The position numbers and the translations under genes were made by a program. 63,041 bases of DNA, taken from an uncultured Candidatus Saccharibacteria bacterium. Lineage in GTDB: Bacteria > Patescibacteriota > WWE3 > UBA101185 > UBA10185. Numbering within the stretch: position 1 is the first letter of the stretch; each line of letters opens with the position of its first letter. The stretch is from NCBI GenBank assembly GCA_964396025.1, contig CAYNBT010000001.1, forward strand, positions 3,129-66,169, given 5' to 3'. The notes below the pieces were generated by a model. It was not told the origin of the DNA, searched no databases, and worked only from the letters and a program-made list of their open reading frames with translations. Positions 34,192 to 43,201 of this stretch are shown here, piece after piece.

Positions 34192-34794
34192 ATGCTGAGT
34201 TCCGCGTCTAATATATCAAAGTTTATTCTGGATGTCGTGGAGATAACATTTGTTGGAGTTGCTGTATTTATACTTACTTATCTCTTTATAGGCCAACCGT
34301 TACAAATATCTGGAGATTCAATGCACCCAACCTTGGTTGATGGAGAACAGATTGTAGCCGAAAAAATCAGCGGAAAAATTAAACGCGGTGATATTGTTGT
34401 TTTTGCACATCCGGAAAATCCTCAAACCTTAATCATAAAGCGGGTAATAGGGCTTCCCGGGGAAGGCTTCAAAATCAGTGCGAACAAAGTGTATATAGAT
34501 AATATGCAACTGGATGAATCATATTCCTCAAATTTAACTCAAGGAAAAGGTTATCTACAGGAAAATGTTGAATACACAGTCCCTCACAACGCGTATGTTG
34601 TTTTAGGTGATAACAGGGAAAACAGTATTGACTCACGTGACTGGGGTTATCTTGAGAAAAGCAAAATTGTGGGAAAAAGCTTTGTTGTATACTATCCCCT
34701 TACAAAAGTTCGAATATCCGACACCAATGTCGGCGTAAAGGGGCTTGTTGAAACTGGTACAAAATTTTTCGGGAAATTATTTGACTCTATTTAA
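34192..34794 (+). CDS. lepB: signal peptidase I
   Basis: 'GDSMHPTL', 'IIKRVIGLPGE' and 'GDNRENSIDSRDWG' boxes. Confidence 0.9.
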   Translation: MLSSASNISKFILDVVEITFVGVAVFILTYLFIGQPLQISGDSMHPTLVDGEQIVAEKISGKIKRGDIVVFAHPENPQTLIIKRVIGLPGEGFKISANKVYIDNMQLDESYSSNLTQGKGYLQENVEYTVPHNAYVVLGDNRENSIDSRDWGYLEKSKIVGKSFVVYYPLTKVRISDTNVGVKGLVETGTKFFGKLFDSI

Positions 34795-35055
34795 TACTCT
34801 GTCAGGTATTACGTCGATCTTTTTTCTTGTTTTTGTTTTGAAGGCAAATTTAACAATACCAGCTACTGTAGAAAAGATAGTAAAATCTTTACCTAACAAT
34901 ACGTTCTTACCAGGTAAGAAAGTCTTTCCTCGTTGTCTTACAATGATTTGACCAGGGTTTACGTGCCCTTCACCAAAAACTTTTATTCCTAGTCTTTTTC
35001 CTATGACATTGCCGCCCTGGGTAGCTTTTGAGCCCCCGGCTTTCTTATGTGCCAT
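34777..35055 (-). CDS. rpmA: 50S ribosomal protein L27
   Basis: 'MAHKKAGGSKATQGGN...GKRLGIK...GQIIVRQRG'. Confidence 0.92.
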   Translation of the reverse strand: MAHKKAGGSKATQGGNVIGKRLGIKVFGEGHVNPGQIIVRQRGKTFLPGKNVLLGKDFTIFSTVAGIVKFAFKTKTRKKIDVIPDRVLNRVK

Positions 35056-35058
35056 GTT

Positions 35059-35496
35059 TTATTTGTCCTTCTTGGAAGACCCTTTCTTTAAAGCTGCTTT
35101 TGAGGCTACTTTTGCTTTTGTAGCAGGTTTTGCCTCTTTTGCAGAAACTTTCTTTGCGGTTTTCTTTACTACAGGAGTTTCATTATCTGTAGCCACTTCA
35201 CCAGCCTTTAGAATTGAATCAATCTTGATAATACTTACGGGCTGCTTGTGACCCTTTACTTTTCTGTAACGAGATTTAGCTCTAAAACGAGCTATTGTGG
35301 TTTTTTCGTGTGTTTCTTCGAGCAAATGAGCCTTGACTACTACATCTTTAACTACAGGATCGCCTACAAGGGTTTCTCCTGCATTTGAGTAGAGCAAGAC
35401 ATCAAAGGAAATTTCCGGCTGTATTTCAAGCTTTATTGTGCTTCCTTCTGAGACTTTAAATTGTTTTCCACCTAGTTTTACAATAGCGAACTTCAT
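35059..35496 (-). CDS. rplU: 50S ribosomal protein L21 with Lys/Ala-rich C-terminal extension
   Basis: 'MKFAIVKLGGKQFKVSEG' L21 core plus a ~45-aa 'KKTAKKVSAKEAKPATKAKVASKAALKK' tail. Confidence 0.88.
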   Translation of the reverse strand: MKFAIVKLGGKQFKVSEGSTIKLEIQPEISFDVLLYSNAGETLVGDPVVKDVVVKAHLLEETHEKTTIARFRAKSRYRKVKGHKQPVSIIKIDSILKAGEVATDNETPVVKKTAKKVSAKEAKPATKAKVASKAALKKGSSKKDK

Positions 35497-35513
35497 ATAA
35501 CAGGCAGATCTTA

Positions 35514-36677
35514 CTATAAAATCATGGATGTATCAAGCGCAGGATTTAGTTTTAGAAGTGTCACCATCTCCAAGTGTTCAGTATGGGGAAACATGTCAAA
35601 GGCATTAGATGATATCACACTATAGGATTTGGAAAGCGCTTTTAGCTCTTGAGCGAAGGCCTTGTAATTACACGATACATAAATCAAGTAGTCCGGGCGT
35701 TCTTTCAACAAAGCTCTCAATACCTTATCCCCCAACCCAGCTCGCGAAGGATCTACTAAGACAGCGTTCTTCTCTTTGATAGAAAAGAGCGCATCTTCCA
35801 CTTTTGATTTTATAAAAAGAGCTTTTCCGCCGTTTAGCTCCTGATTAATTTTTGCATCATCTAGTGACTCTTGTACAAGCTCAACACCGATAACATTGGC
35901 TACTCTTTGAAATATGGGTATTGTGAAAAATCCAGAACCGCAGTACAGATCCAAAAAATCAACTTGGGTGGGAATGTAAGTTTCGACAAGCCCAAGAACG
36001 TGCGTCTGAAGTTGTTCAGCAACGTAAGGATTAGTTTGAAAAAAAGAGTTAGGGGATATTATGTATCTAAAATTGCCGATAGTTTCAACTAAATACCCAA
36101 TACCCTTTACAACCAAGGCAACGCTGCCGTACGAAGTATCTGAATCCGTATCATTGATTAGCCAAACCAAGCTTGTGATAGATTCGCTCTGGCCTAAACT
36201 AACTAAGGCAGCATTGATTCTAGCTGTTTCTTCATGATTCTGAGGAGCGCTGGTAACAATTGACACCAATACCTCCCCTGCTTTAGTGGCCTTGATCACT
36301 GCATAACGCAGCATACCTGCATGTCTTCGCCTATCATAGAAGCTAACTCCACAAGACGGTAACCATTCTTTTATTACTCTAAAAACCTTCTCGATGCTGG
36401 GCATTGAGATAAAACAATAATTACCATCTAGAACATGCCACCATTTTCCTTTGGATTTGAGGCCAAATGCGCCGTCAAAGCCAATACAAAAGTCCATCCT
36501 GTTTCTATAATGAGTTGTAATAGGGGAAGGCTCTAATGAATCAATTTGCAAAGCTAAACCAAGGTTACTAAACACTTCATTTACCCGAGTACGTTTCTGA
36601 ATCAACTGCTCTGGGTATGCTAGATCTGATAGAGGGCAAGATCCGCAGTTTTTGAAATCAGGACACAAACTTATCAT
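35514..36677 (-). CDS. RNA (uracil-5-)-methyltransferase, RlmD/TrmA family
   Basis: Fe-S Cys cluster 'CPDFKNCGSCP', SAM motif 'LDLYCGSGFFTI', and catalytic 'YVSCNYKAF'. The ATG at 36677 is preferred over the TTG at 36713 in the ORF track. Confidence 0.8.
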   Translation of the reverse strand: MISLCPDFKNCGSCPLSDLAYPEQLIQKRTRVNEVFSNLGLALQIDSLEPSPITTHYRNRMDFCIGFDGAFGLKSKGKWWHVLDGNYCFISMPSIEKVFRVIKEWLPSCGVSFYDRRRHAGMLRYAVIKATKAGEVLVSIVTSAPQNHEETARINAALVSLGQSESITSLVWLINDTDSDTSYGSVALVVKGIGYLVETIGNFRYIISPNSFFQTNPYVAEQLQTHVLGLVETYIPTQVDFLDLYCGSGFFTIPIFQRVANVIGVELVQESLDDAKINQELNGGKALFIKSKVEDALFSIKEKNAVLVDPSRAGLGDKVLRALLKERPDYLIYVSCNYKAFAQELKALSKSYSVISSNAFDMFPHTEHLEMVTLLKLNPALDTSMIL

Positions 36678-36678
36678 A

Positions 36679-36975
36679 TTATAGGGGCAGTGTGTACAAA
36701 GGTAATTTTTCAACTAATGATTCATTATCATCTCCAGCTATTCTATTCTTGCGAACAAATCCACATTTTAGACATTTATGTATAAGCACTTCTTCCCCAT
36801 CTTCTTTCAGAATTTTACCTATAGGAGGCATTAAGCCAAGACAATCGGAGGATCTATCTCCAATGGAATTATCTATATGAAGCGAAAACAAACAGGTAGG
36901 ACAGTGATTTCTATTTTTTGTACCAGGGGCATTAAGAGGAACCTCTTTCTTACAGTTTCTACACGTAAAAAACAC
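36679..36975 (-). CDS. RNHCP domain zinc-ribbon protein
   Basis: 'FTCRNCKKEV...TKNRNHCPTCLFSLHID' and 'CLKCG'. The GTG start abuts the upstream stop. Confidence 0.7.
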   Translation of the reverse strand: MFFTCRNCKKEVPLNAPGTKNRNHCPTCLFSLHIDNSIGDRSSDCLGLMPPIGKILKEDGEEVLIHKCLKCGFVRKNRIAGDDNESLVEKLPLYTLPL

Positions 36976-38343
36976 TTAGTTAAGCCCAATTATAATTAAA
37001 ACATCGTGTTCGGCGGATTCACTTAGAGAATCATCGAACACAACCTCGTAATCATCTTTTATATCATTTATCAAAAGTTCTCTGTAAGAAAGCTTAGACG
37101 GTTTAAACTTTATCAGGGTGTTATCTCTATTGTTACCTTCAAAGTTACCAATCCCCGATACCACGTAACCTAATTCTTCCAGTGTTTGTTGCAATTTTCC
37201 TGCAACACCGGCAACTCCTGCGGCATTCTCAACTCTTATAGAGAGGTCTGACTTGGCTAGTTCTTCTGTTGCTTGAGTTGCATTAGTATCAGGTTTCTCT
37301 ACTACCTTGCTTGGGGTAGACTCTTTAACCTGATTTGTGGAAGTCTTACTTAAAACATTGCTGGCATTTTTTACTACGGTAGATGAGGTTTGCTTGGGGG
37401 AGTTTAGAAAGAACATCCCAGCACCTGCAAACACAAGTAACGCCATAGCTGCACCGGCATACACCAAAGATCTCCCACGTGTATTCACAGGGGCCGGCAA
37501 AGGCAATAAATTCAACAGATTTATAGGAGTATCTAAAATATATCCTAAGGAGTCTGTTACATAAGAAAAAAGCATATGAAGCTTAAAACTGTCGTCCTGA
37601 GTTAAATCCCCGACAGGTACAGGTAACGATGTAACAGAATAATCGTCCCCAAGCTCAAAATCGGCATTATCCAATGTAAAAACTCGCTTAATTGCTGTAG
37701 CTCTTTTGTATACAGAAAGCTCTTTCACTATCTCTTGAATCTCAGAAAGGGATCTTTGCTTGTCAAATACTGCAGAAAAATAGATTCCATTAAGTTCGGA
37801 TAATGCCACAACTTGTTTTTTGCCAACTTTTGACAAAAAGATACTTGGGTCGTTATCAACCAAAAATTTAGGCAGAAGTGCAACCCATGGTACAACGCAT
37901 TTAAGCTCCAAACCAGCCTTGGTGCTGGATTCAAGGTATGATTCCAAGATGGTTTTTTTTATAGCGACGAATTGGTATACAAAAGGTGCTATTTTTTGAT
38001 AAGAGAAATAAAGCTCATCTAATGAAACCCCAACCAACTTATCTTTTATGTCTGCGATAATCTTCTCATTAAGATCGCCACTGGAATCTTTAGAAAGTGT
38101 AACAAATTTTAAAATTACATCGTCAGGTTCAACTAAGAAACTTATTTGTTTTGTCTTTAACTTTTTGGTTGCAAGTTCTGTAACCACCTGCTTAAGTTGT
38201 TCAGCAAACAGATCAGTGTTATTGATTATTGAACCAGAGGCTATATTTTCACCAAGAACTCTATTTGCACCCTGAACAGAATTTTTGTCTAGTACTGATA
38301 CTTTTAATGTGTTTTCACTTAATGAGACAACGAAACCTTCCAT
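36976..38343 (-). CDS. PilM/FtsA-like N-terminal domain - TM - LytR_C domain protein
   Basis: The N-terminal region resembles PilM-type actin-like ATPase folds (weak). Central TM 'LVYAGAAMALLVFAGAGMFF'. C-terminal 'IRVENAAGVAGVAGKLQQTLEELGYVV' is LytR_C-like. Confidence 0.5.
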   Translation of the reverse strand: MEGFVVSLSENTLKVSVLDKNSVQGANRVLGENIASGSIINNTDLFAEQLKQVVTELATKKLKTKQISFLVEPDDVILKFVTLSKDSSGDLNEKIIADIKDKLVGVSLDELYFSYQKIAPFVYQFVAIKKTILESYLESSTKAGLELKCVVPWVALLPKFLVDNDPSIFLSKVGKKQVVALSELNGIYFSAVFDKQRSLSEIQEIVKELSVYKRATAIKRVFTLDNADFELGDDYSVTSLPVPVGDLTQDDSFKLHMLFSYVTDSLGYILDTPINLLNLLPLPAPVNTRGRSLVYAGAAMALLVFAGAGMFFLNSPKQTSSTVVKNASNVLSKTSTNQVKESTPSKVVEKPDTNATQATEELAKSDLSIRVENAAGVAGVAGKLQQTLEELGYVVSGIGNFEGNNRDNTLIKFKPSKLSYRELLINDIKDDYEVVFDDSLSESAEHDVLIIIGLN

Positions 38344-38350
38344 ACATTGA

Positions 38351-38356
38351 ATATTA
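38351..38356 (-). promoter_or_regulatory. -10 box TAATAT 7 nt upstream of the ATG at 38343
   Basis: Minus strand reads TAATAT-tcaatgt-ATG with no SD. Confidence 0.4.
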
Positions 38357-38387
38357 ACATTAATTCGCTACCTAAAAAAGTTAATAA

Positions 38388-39446
38388 TCATTTTGCGCGA
38401 TGTAGCCACACGGATTGTGCCAACCCAAGGAGAAACATTGAAGTAAGCATCGAACTACCACCGTAAGAAAAAAGCGGCAAGGGTATACCTGTCACCGGCA
38501 TAAGACCCAAATTCATTCCAACATTTACTGTAAATTGGAAGAAGATTACAGCAAATACACCAACACACACTACAGATCCAAATGAGTCCTTTGCTTTGAA
38601 GGCAATGTAAAGCAAAATGCCAAGAAGCAAACAAAATAAGGAGACAAGCCCCAACACGCCCAAAAATCCCCACTCTTCAGCAAAGGACGCAAATATAAAA
38701 TCCGTCCAATAGGCGGGTAAAAACCTTAAGTGCGATTGTGTACCTTGTCCAAAACCTCTACCAAACATACCTCCAGATCCAACAGCAATCATAGATTGAA
38801 TCACATTGTAACCAGATCCCAGTACATCAAGTTCAGGATTCAAAAATATCAAAATGCGTCTTTTCTGGTATTCGTGCAAGAGATTCCATGCAGGTGTTGA
38901 AAATATACCCGCAATCAAAAAGGCAGCAATGAAATACATTGAATCTATTCCAGCATAAAGCAACATGGCAGCTAGGCAAAATGCAGCAACTAGTGCTGTA
39001 CCCAAATCCGGTTGGGCTAAAACTAAAATGAGCACAGGCAAAAAAAGTATCAACATCTTGGCTAGATTTAAAATGGAGGTTGCGTGTAGCTTAGTTGAAG
39101 TCAGCATGGAAGCCGCACCTAAAACAACAATGATTTTGGCAAACTCAGAAGGCTGAATTTGTACACTACCGAATCCCAGCCATCTTGCAGACCCATAGCG
39201 TACTAGACCCGAGAAAAAAGTGGTTAACAATAGCGCTAATATGATTATGTAGAAGTATTTCCAGTAATGTTTGAAGATTTCGTAATCAAACAAAGAAACA
39301 AGAATATAGACGAGAATGCCAGCAATAAAAAAACCAGTTTGATCTTTAGCATGGTCTGGTGATACAGAAAGTAATGTTATAAATCCCAGAATATAGATTA
39401 AGATTGGCAAGACAACGAGAGTGAAATTAAACTTTTTTAAGTGCAT
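38388..39446 (-). CDS. rodA: SEDS-family peptidoglycan glycosyltransferase RodA
   Basis: 'GSGYNVIQSMIAVGSGGMFGRGFGQGTQSHLRFLPAYWTDFIFA'. Confidence 0.85.
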   Translation of the reverse strand: MHLKKFNFTLVVLPILIYILGFITLLSVSPDHAKDQTGFFIAGILVYILVSLFDYEIFKHYWKYFYIIILALLLTTFFSGLVRYGSARWLGFGSVQIQPSEFAKIIVVLGAASMLTSTKLHATSILNLAKMLILFLPVLILVLAQPDLGTALVAAFCLAAMLLYAGIDSMYFIAAFLIAGIFSTPAWNLLHEYQKRRILIFLNPELDVLGSGYNVIQSMIAVGSGGMFGRGFGQGTQSHLRFLPAYWTDFIFASFAEEWGFLGVLGLVSLFCLLLGILLYIAFKAKDSFGSVVCVGVFAVIFFQFTVNVGMNLGLMPVTGIPLPLFSYGGSSMLTSMFLLGLAQSVWLHRAK

Positions 39447-42306
39447 ATGAGTCGCCAGGTTTTAGGCTAATTGCTTGTGTTTTAGCCATTATTTCTTTTT
39501 CAAAAGCTGCAACTGCACTATTATTTTCTGCAGTCTCAACATAGGTTATCTCTACGGAATCAGAAACCTTTAGCCCTTGTGTCTTCCTCAAATCCTGCAA
39601 AACTCGGATTAACTCTCTCGCATTGCCCTCAGCAATCAATTCTTCCGTTAGTGTGCTAACTAAACCTACACTTAAACCTGATTCAGCAACTTTAACCAAG
39701 TCTTTTTGATCAGTTAGGGTGGCGTCTAAAATGATTGACTTGATGTTTAATTCGTCTTTGATAATTTCACGTAATTCGGGGGAAAGGTGACTGTCTGAGA
39801 TATCGGAAACTATATGAAGTTCCGAAAGAGGTTGCCTCAATGACCTACCAGCCTCTTTTCTAGCAGCGTTACCAAGGGAACACACTTTACGTACAAAATC
39901 CATATTCTCAAGCAGCTGTTTGTTTTGAGTTACAAAGTCGGCATCATATACGGGAAAATCTTCCAAATGAACTGATTGCTTGGCTGAAGTTGCACTCTCT
40001 GCACATAGAACCTGATAAATATTTTCGGTAAGGAACGGAATGGCGGGCGCCGCAGCCTTGCAATAATCCACAAGTACCGTATACAAAGTAGATAAAGCCT
40101 CCACATTGCCTTCTGTAATACGATCTCTAGACCTTCGCACATACCATCTGGATAAATCATCGGCAAATTCTTCCAAAGCCTGTACCGCAGGAGGCGTCTG
40201 ATAGTTTTCTATGTTCTTTGTAAACGTACCTATTGTTTGCTGCAATCTTGCCTTGATCCAAACATCTAGGACATGTTGAGATTCCATATTTTTGGCAGGA
40301 GACCAATTGTGTAGGTTTGCGAACGTGATAAAAAACTTGGCACAATTCCACAAAGGATTGAGAACACGCTTAGACTTGGTTTTGAGCTCAGTATCGTCAA
40401 AATTGGCGTTTTCTCCCAACATTAATGGCGAAGCCATCAGATATAACCTAAGACTATCTCCACCTATTTCTTCAAGTATTTTTTTTGGGTCAGTGTAGTT
40501 TCCATAGGTCTTGCTCATTTTCCTACCATCAGAACCAGCCATAACTCCAGTAGAGATTACATTTTTAAAGGAATTAGTCTGAAAGAGTGCTGTTGATAAG
40601 ACATGCATAACATAAAACCATGCTCTAACCTGAGCGATGTACTCAACTATGTAATCCCCAGGGAAATTTTTCTCGAATTTTTGTGCGTTTTCAAAGGGAT
40701 AATGTATTTGCGCATAAGGCATTGAACCGGCTTCAAACCATGAATCAAGCACCTCAGGGCGTCTTTTATACTCTTTGCCATTTTTCTTTAACGTTATTGA
40801 ATCTATAAAAGGTCTATGCAAATCCTCAACTCTCTGCCCTGACAACTCCTCTATCTCTTTTATAGAAGAAACTACAATACGATCCCCATCGTCTGATTCC
40901 CATACGGGCATAGGTGTTGCCCAAAAGCGGTTTCTGGAAATACACCAGTCAGGTGCTTGTTCTATACCCGCCTCAAATCTCCCATGCTTTAGATGATCTG
41001 GCACCCAGTTTATATTTTTATTGTGTGTAAAGAGATCGTTTTTTAACTTTTGGATATCTACAAACCATGAATTTTGGGCTCGTTGAATCAACAATGTATT
41101 GCAACGGTCATGATAAGGAAATCTATGTACTATAGTTGACTCCTTGAAAACAAGTTTTCTCTCTTTTAGATCGCTCATTATTAAATCATTCGCTTTTGAG
41201 TAGTAGATGCCTTCGAACGGATTTTTGCCATTGTTACCTTTAACAAATTTCCCATCTTCGTCTATTGTTAGCATTAAGGTTAAACCAAATTCTTTGCCCA
41301 TGTCTGTATCTACAGCCCCAAAGCCAGGAGCAGAGTGAACAATTCCAACTCCTTCAGAAGTACTTGCCATATCTTTGTAGGCATACACAGCAAAATCTTT
41401 TTCGTTTGCAGCATAAAATGTATAAAGAGGGGCATATTTTAGACCAATAAGTTTAGTAGAATCAAACTCAGCATGAATTTTATGGGGAATATCTTTAAAA
41501 ACGTCTTCTAAACGCTCCTTGGCTAAGATAAATTTTTCATCTTGGGCTTCCACTAACACATAGGTTGCAGATGTTGCTACGACCAAACCTCTGTTTGAGG
41601 GAAGTGTCCAAGGGGTCGTAGTCCACGCTAGCATGAAAGCACCCAGAAAATCACCTTCTGATGTTATCTTGAACTTAACAGTTACAGCAGGATCTTCTAC
41701 ATCTTTGTAGGTGTTATCCATCGCAACCTCAAAGTTGGAAACAGGTGTTCCGCACGCAGTACAGTAAAGTGACGTTCTTACACCTTCATAGATAAAACCT
41801 TTATCATAAAGACTCTTAAACACCCACATAACGCTTTCCATGTAATTCTGATCAGTAGTCTTGTAAGCGTGCTCCATATCTACCCAACGGCCAATCCTAT
41901 CTACATACCACTGCCATTCGGAAGATACTTCTGAAGTGTAGATGTAACATTCTTTAGTAAATTTATCCAAACCATATTTTTCAATATCTTTTCTGTTTTT
42001 TATGTTCAATTTCTTTTGAACTTTATTCTCAACAGTTAAGCCGTGCGCATCCCATCCCCAAACTCTTTCCACCCTCTTACCCTTCATGGTCCAGTAACGA
42101 GGAATGATATCTTTAGCTATAGATCCTAACAAATGCCCATGATGTGGAAGGCCGGATATAAATGGCGGCCCATCATAAAACACATACAAATCTTTTTCGG
42201 ATCGTTGAGAAATTGACTTCTCAAAAATCTTGTTAGATTTCCAAAATTCTATAAGTGGGGCTTCCAGTAGAGCGAAATTTGAAGTTGTATCTATATCTCT
42301 ATACAT
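39427..42306 (-). CDS. ileS: isoleucine--tRNA ligase (type 2)
   Basis: HIGH 'PHHGHLLG', KMSKS 'KMSKTYGN', and N-terminal 'FYDGPPFISGLPHHGH', typical of type-2 IleRS. Confidence 0.9.
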   Translation of the reverse strand: MYRDIDTTSNFALLEAPLIEFWKSNKIFEKSISQRSEKDLYVFYDGPPFISGLPHHGHLLGSIAKDIIPRYWTMKGKRVERVWGWDAHGLTVENKVQKKLNIKNRKDIEKYGLDKFTKECYIYTSEVSSEWQWYVDRIGRWVDMEHAYKTTDQNYMESVMWVFKSLYDKGFIYEGVRTSLYCTACGTPVSNFEVAMDNTYKDVEDPAVTVKFKITSEGDFLGAFMLAWTTTPWTLPSNRGLVVATSATYVLVEAQDEKFILAKERLEDVFKDIPHKIHAEFDSTKLIGLKYAPLYTFYAANEKDFAVYAYKDMASTSEGVGIVHSAPGFGAVDTDMGKEFGLTLMLTIDEDGKFVKGNNGKNPFEGIYYSKANDLIMSDLKERKLVFKESTIVHRFPYHDRCNTLLIQRAQNSWFVDIQKLKNDLFTHNKNINWVPDHLKHGRFEAGIEQAPDWCISRNRFWATPMPVWESDDGDRIVVSSIKEIEELSGQRVEDLHRPFIDSITLKKNGKEYKRRPEVLDSWFEAGSMPYAQIHYPFENAQKFEKNFPGDYIVEYIAQVRAWFYVMHVLSTALFQTNSFKNVISTGVMAGSDGRKMSKTYGNYTDPKKILEEIGGDSLRLYLMASPLMLGENANFDDTELKTKSKRVLNPLWNCAKFFITFANLHNWSPAKNMESQHVLDVWIKARLQQTIGTFTKNIENYQTPPAVQALEEFADDLSRWYVRRSRDRITEGNVEALSTLYTVLVDYCKAAAPAIPFLTENIYQVLCAESATSAKQSVHLEDFPVYDADFVTQNKQLLENMDFVRKVCSLGNAARKEAGRSLRQPLSELHIVSDISDSHLSPELREIIKDELNIKSIILDATLTDQKDLVKVAESGLSVGLVSTLTEELIAEGNARELIRVLQDLRKTQGLKVSDSVEITYVETAENNSAVAAFEKEIMAKTQAISLKPGDSYALKKV

Positions 42307-42313
42307 TGTTACT

Positions 42314-42322
42314 ATGTTAGCA
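42314..42322 (-). promoter_or_regulatory. extended -10 (TGcTAACAT) 7 nt upstream of the ileS ATG
   Basis: Minus strand reads TGCTAACAT-agtaaca-ATG with no SD. Confidence 0.4.
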
Positions 42323-42372
42323 AAGCCTCTAAATTTATACTAGCGTAGGACAAAACATTTAGTACACATAAC

Positions 42373-42426
42373 AAAAAAAGCCCTATTATAGGCTTCATAA
42401 AGAGACGTACAAAATACACGTCTCTT
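42373..42426 (-). terminator. tandem hairpin terminator (9-bp stem AAGAGACGT/ACGTCTCTT, then AAGCC/GGCTT + T7)
   Basis: It lies directly after the stop at 42428 and before the ileS promoter. Confidence 0.6.
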
Positions 42427-42427
42427 C

Positions 42428-42529
42428 TTACTTAAAAATTCTGAATATAGCTGTAATGGAACCTACAACTGCCTCTACTACAGAGAATATTGGGGCTGTT
42501 ATGGCTTCCATTATTGCTTGAATTATCAT
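42428..42529 (-). CDS. possible 33-aa hydrophobic micro-protein (leaderless-type start)
   Basis: MIIQAIMEAITAPIFSVVEAVVGSITAIFRIFK. TATAAT lies 6 nt upstream of the ATG, and the ORF is followed by a strong terminator. Confidence 0.35.
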   Translation of the reverse strand: MIIQAIMEAITAPIFSVVEAVVGSITAIFRIFK

Positions 42530-42535
42530 GCAGCC

Positions 42536-42541
42536 ATTATA
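42536..42541 (-). promoter_or_regulatory. -10 box TATAAT 6 nt upstream of the ATG at 42529
   Basis: Minus strand reads TATAAT-ggctgc-ATG. Confidence 0.4.
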
Positions 42542-42560
42542 CCGGTTTTTTGTTGATATG

Positions 42561-43118
42561 TCAAGGTTTGGAAAGGCGATTTGAGGAAAACCACAAAGTA
42601 TCCTGCACATTAAAGGTGTGATTAGCCGTACGTGCCATCACAAAAAGGAGATCCGAAAGCCTATTAATATAGGGTATTGAAACACTCGGTTCAGTAGACT
42701 CGGACTCGCAAAATAGGACCGTAGCTCTCTCAAGCCTACGGCAAACAGCCCGAGCCAAATGTAAATAACCGGATGCAACACTACCTCCAGGTAAAATGAA
42801 ATTTGTAAGGCGCGGCAAAGATTTTTCTAACTTATCAATCTGACGTTCATAGTACCTGCAGCGTTTGTGGAGTGCTTTTTTGTCCAAAGGTTGTTTATAA
42901 ACCATAGAATATAATGCGCCAAGTTCAAACAGATCACTTTGAATAAGCTCAATCAGCATCTGCAAGTCTCTAGTCGAGTGAGCAGCTGCAAGGCCCAAAT
43001 AGCAATTCAATTCGTCTAGAGTACCTAGAATCTCAAATATAATGTGAGACTTGGAAAGTTTTTTCCCACCAAAAAGTGAGGTAGTTCCCTTGTCTCCATT
43101 TCGTGTGTATATTTTCAT
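42561..43118 (-). CDS. ATP:cob(I)alamin adenosyltransferase, PduO type
   Basis: 'MKIYTRNGDKGTTSLFGG' and 'FILPGG...LHLARAVCRRLER'. Confidence 0.85.
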   Translation of the reverse strand: MKIYTRNGDKGTTSLFGGKKLSKSHIIFEILGTLDELNCYLGLAAAHSTRDLQMLIELIQSDLFELGALYSMVYKQPLDKKALHKRCRYYERQIDKLEKSLPRLTNFILPGGSVASGYLHLARAVCRRLERATVLFCESESTEPSVSIPYINRLSDLLFVMARTANHTFNVQDTLWFSSNRLSKP

Positions 43119-43154
43119 ACTTTTAAGCTAAGCATTTCATATGGCAGGGAACAA

Positions 43155-43175
43155 AGGGCCGGCGAAGCCGGCCCT
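43155..43175 (-). terminator. GC-rich hairpin after nrdJ (AGGGCCGGC-gaa-GCCGGCCCT)
   Basis: Perfect 9-bp stem but a weak T-tail. Confidence 0.5.
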
Positions 43176-43201
43176 TCCTCATTCTTGTTAAAATCTAGAT
43201 A

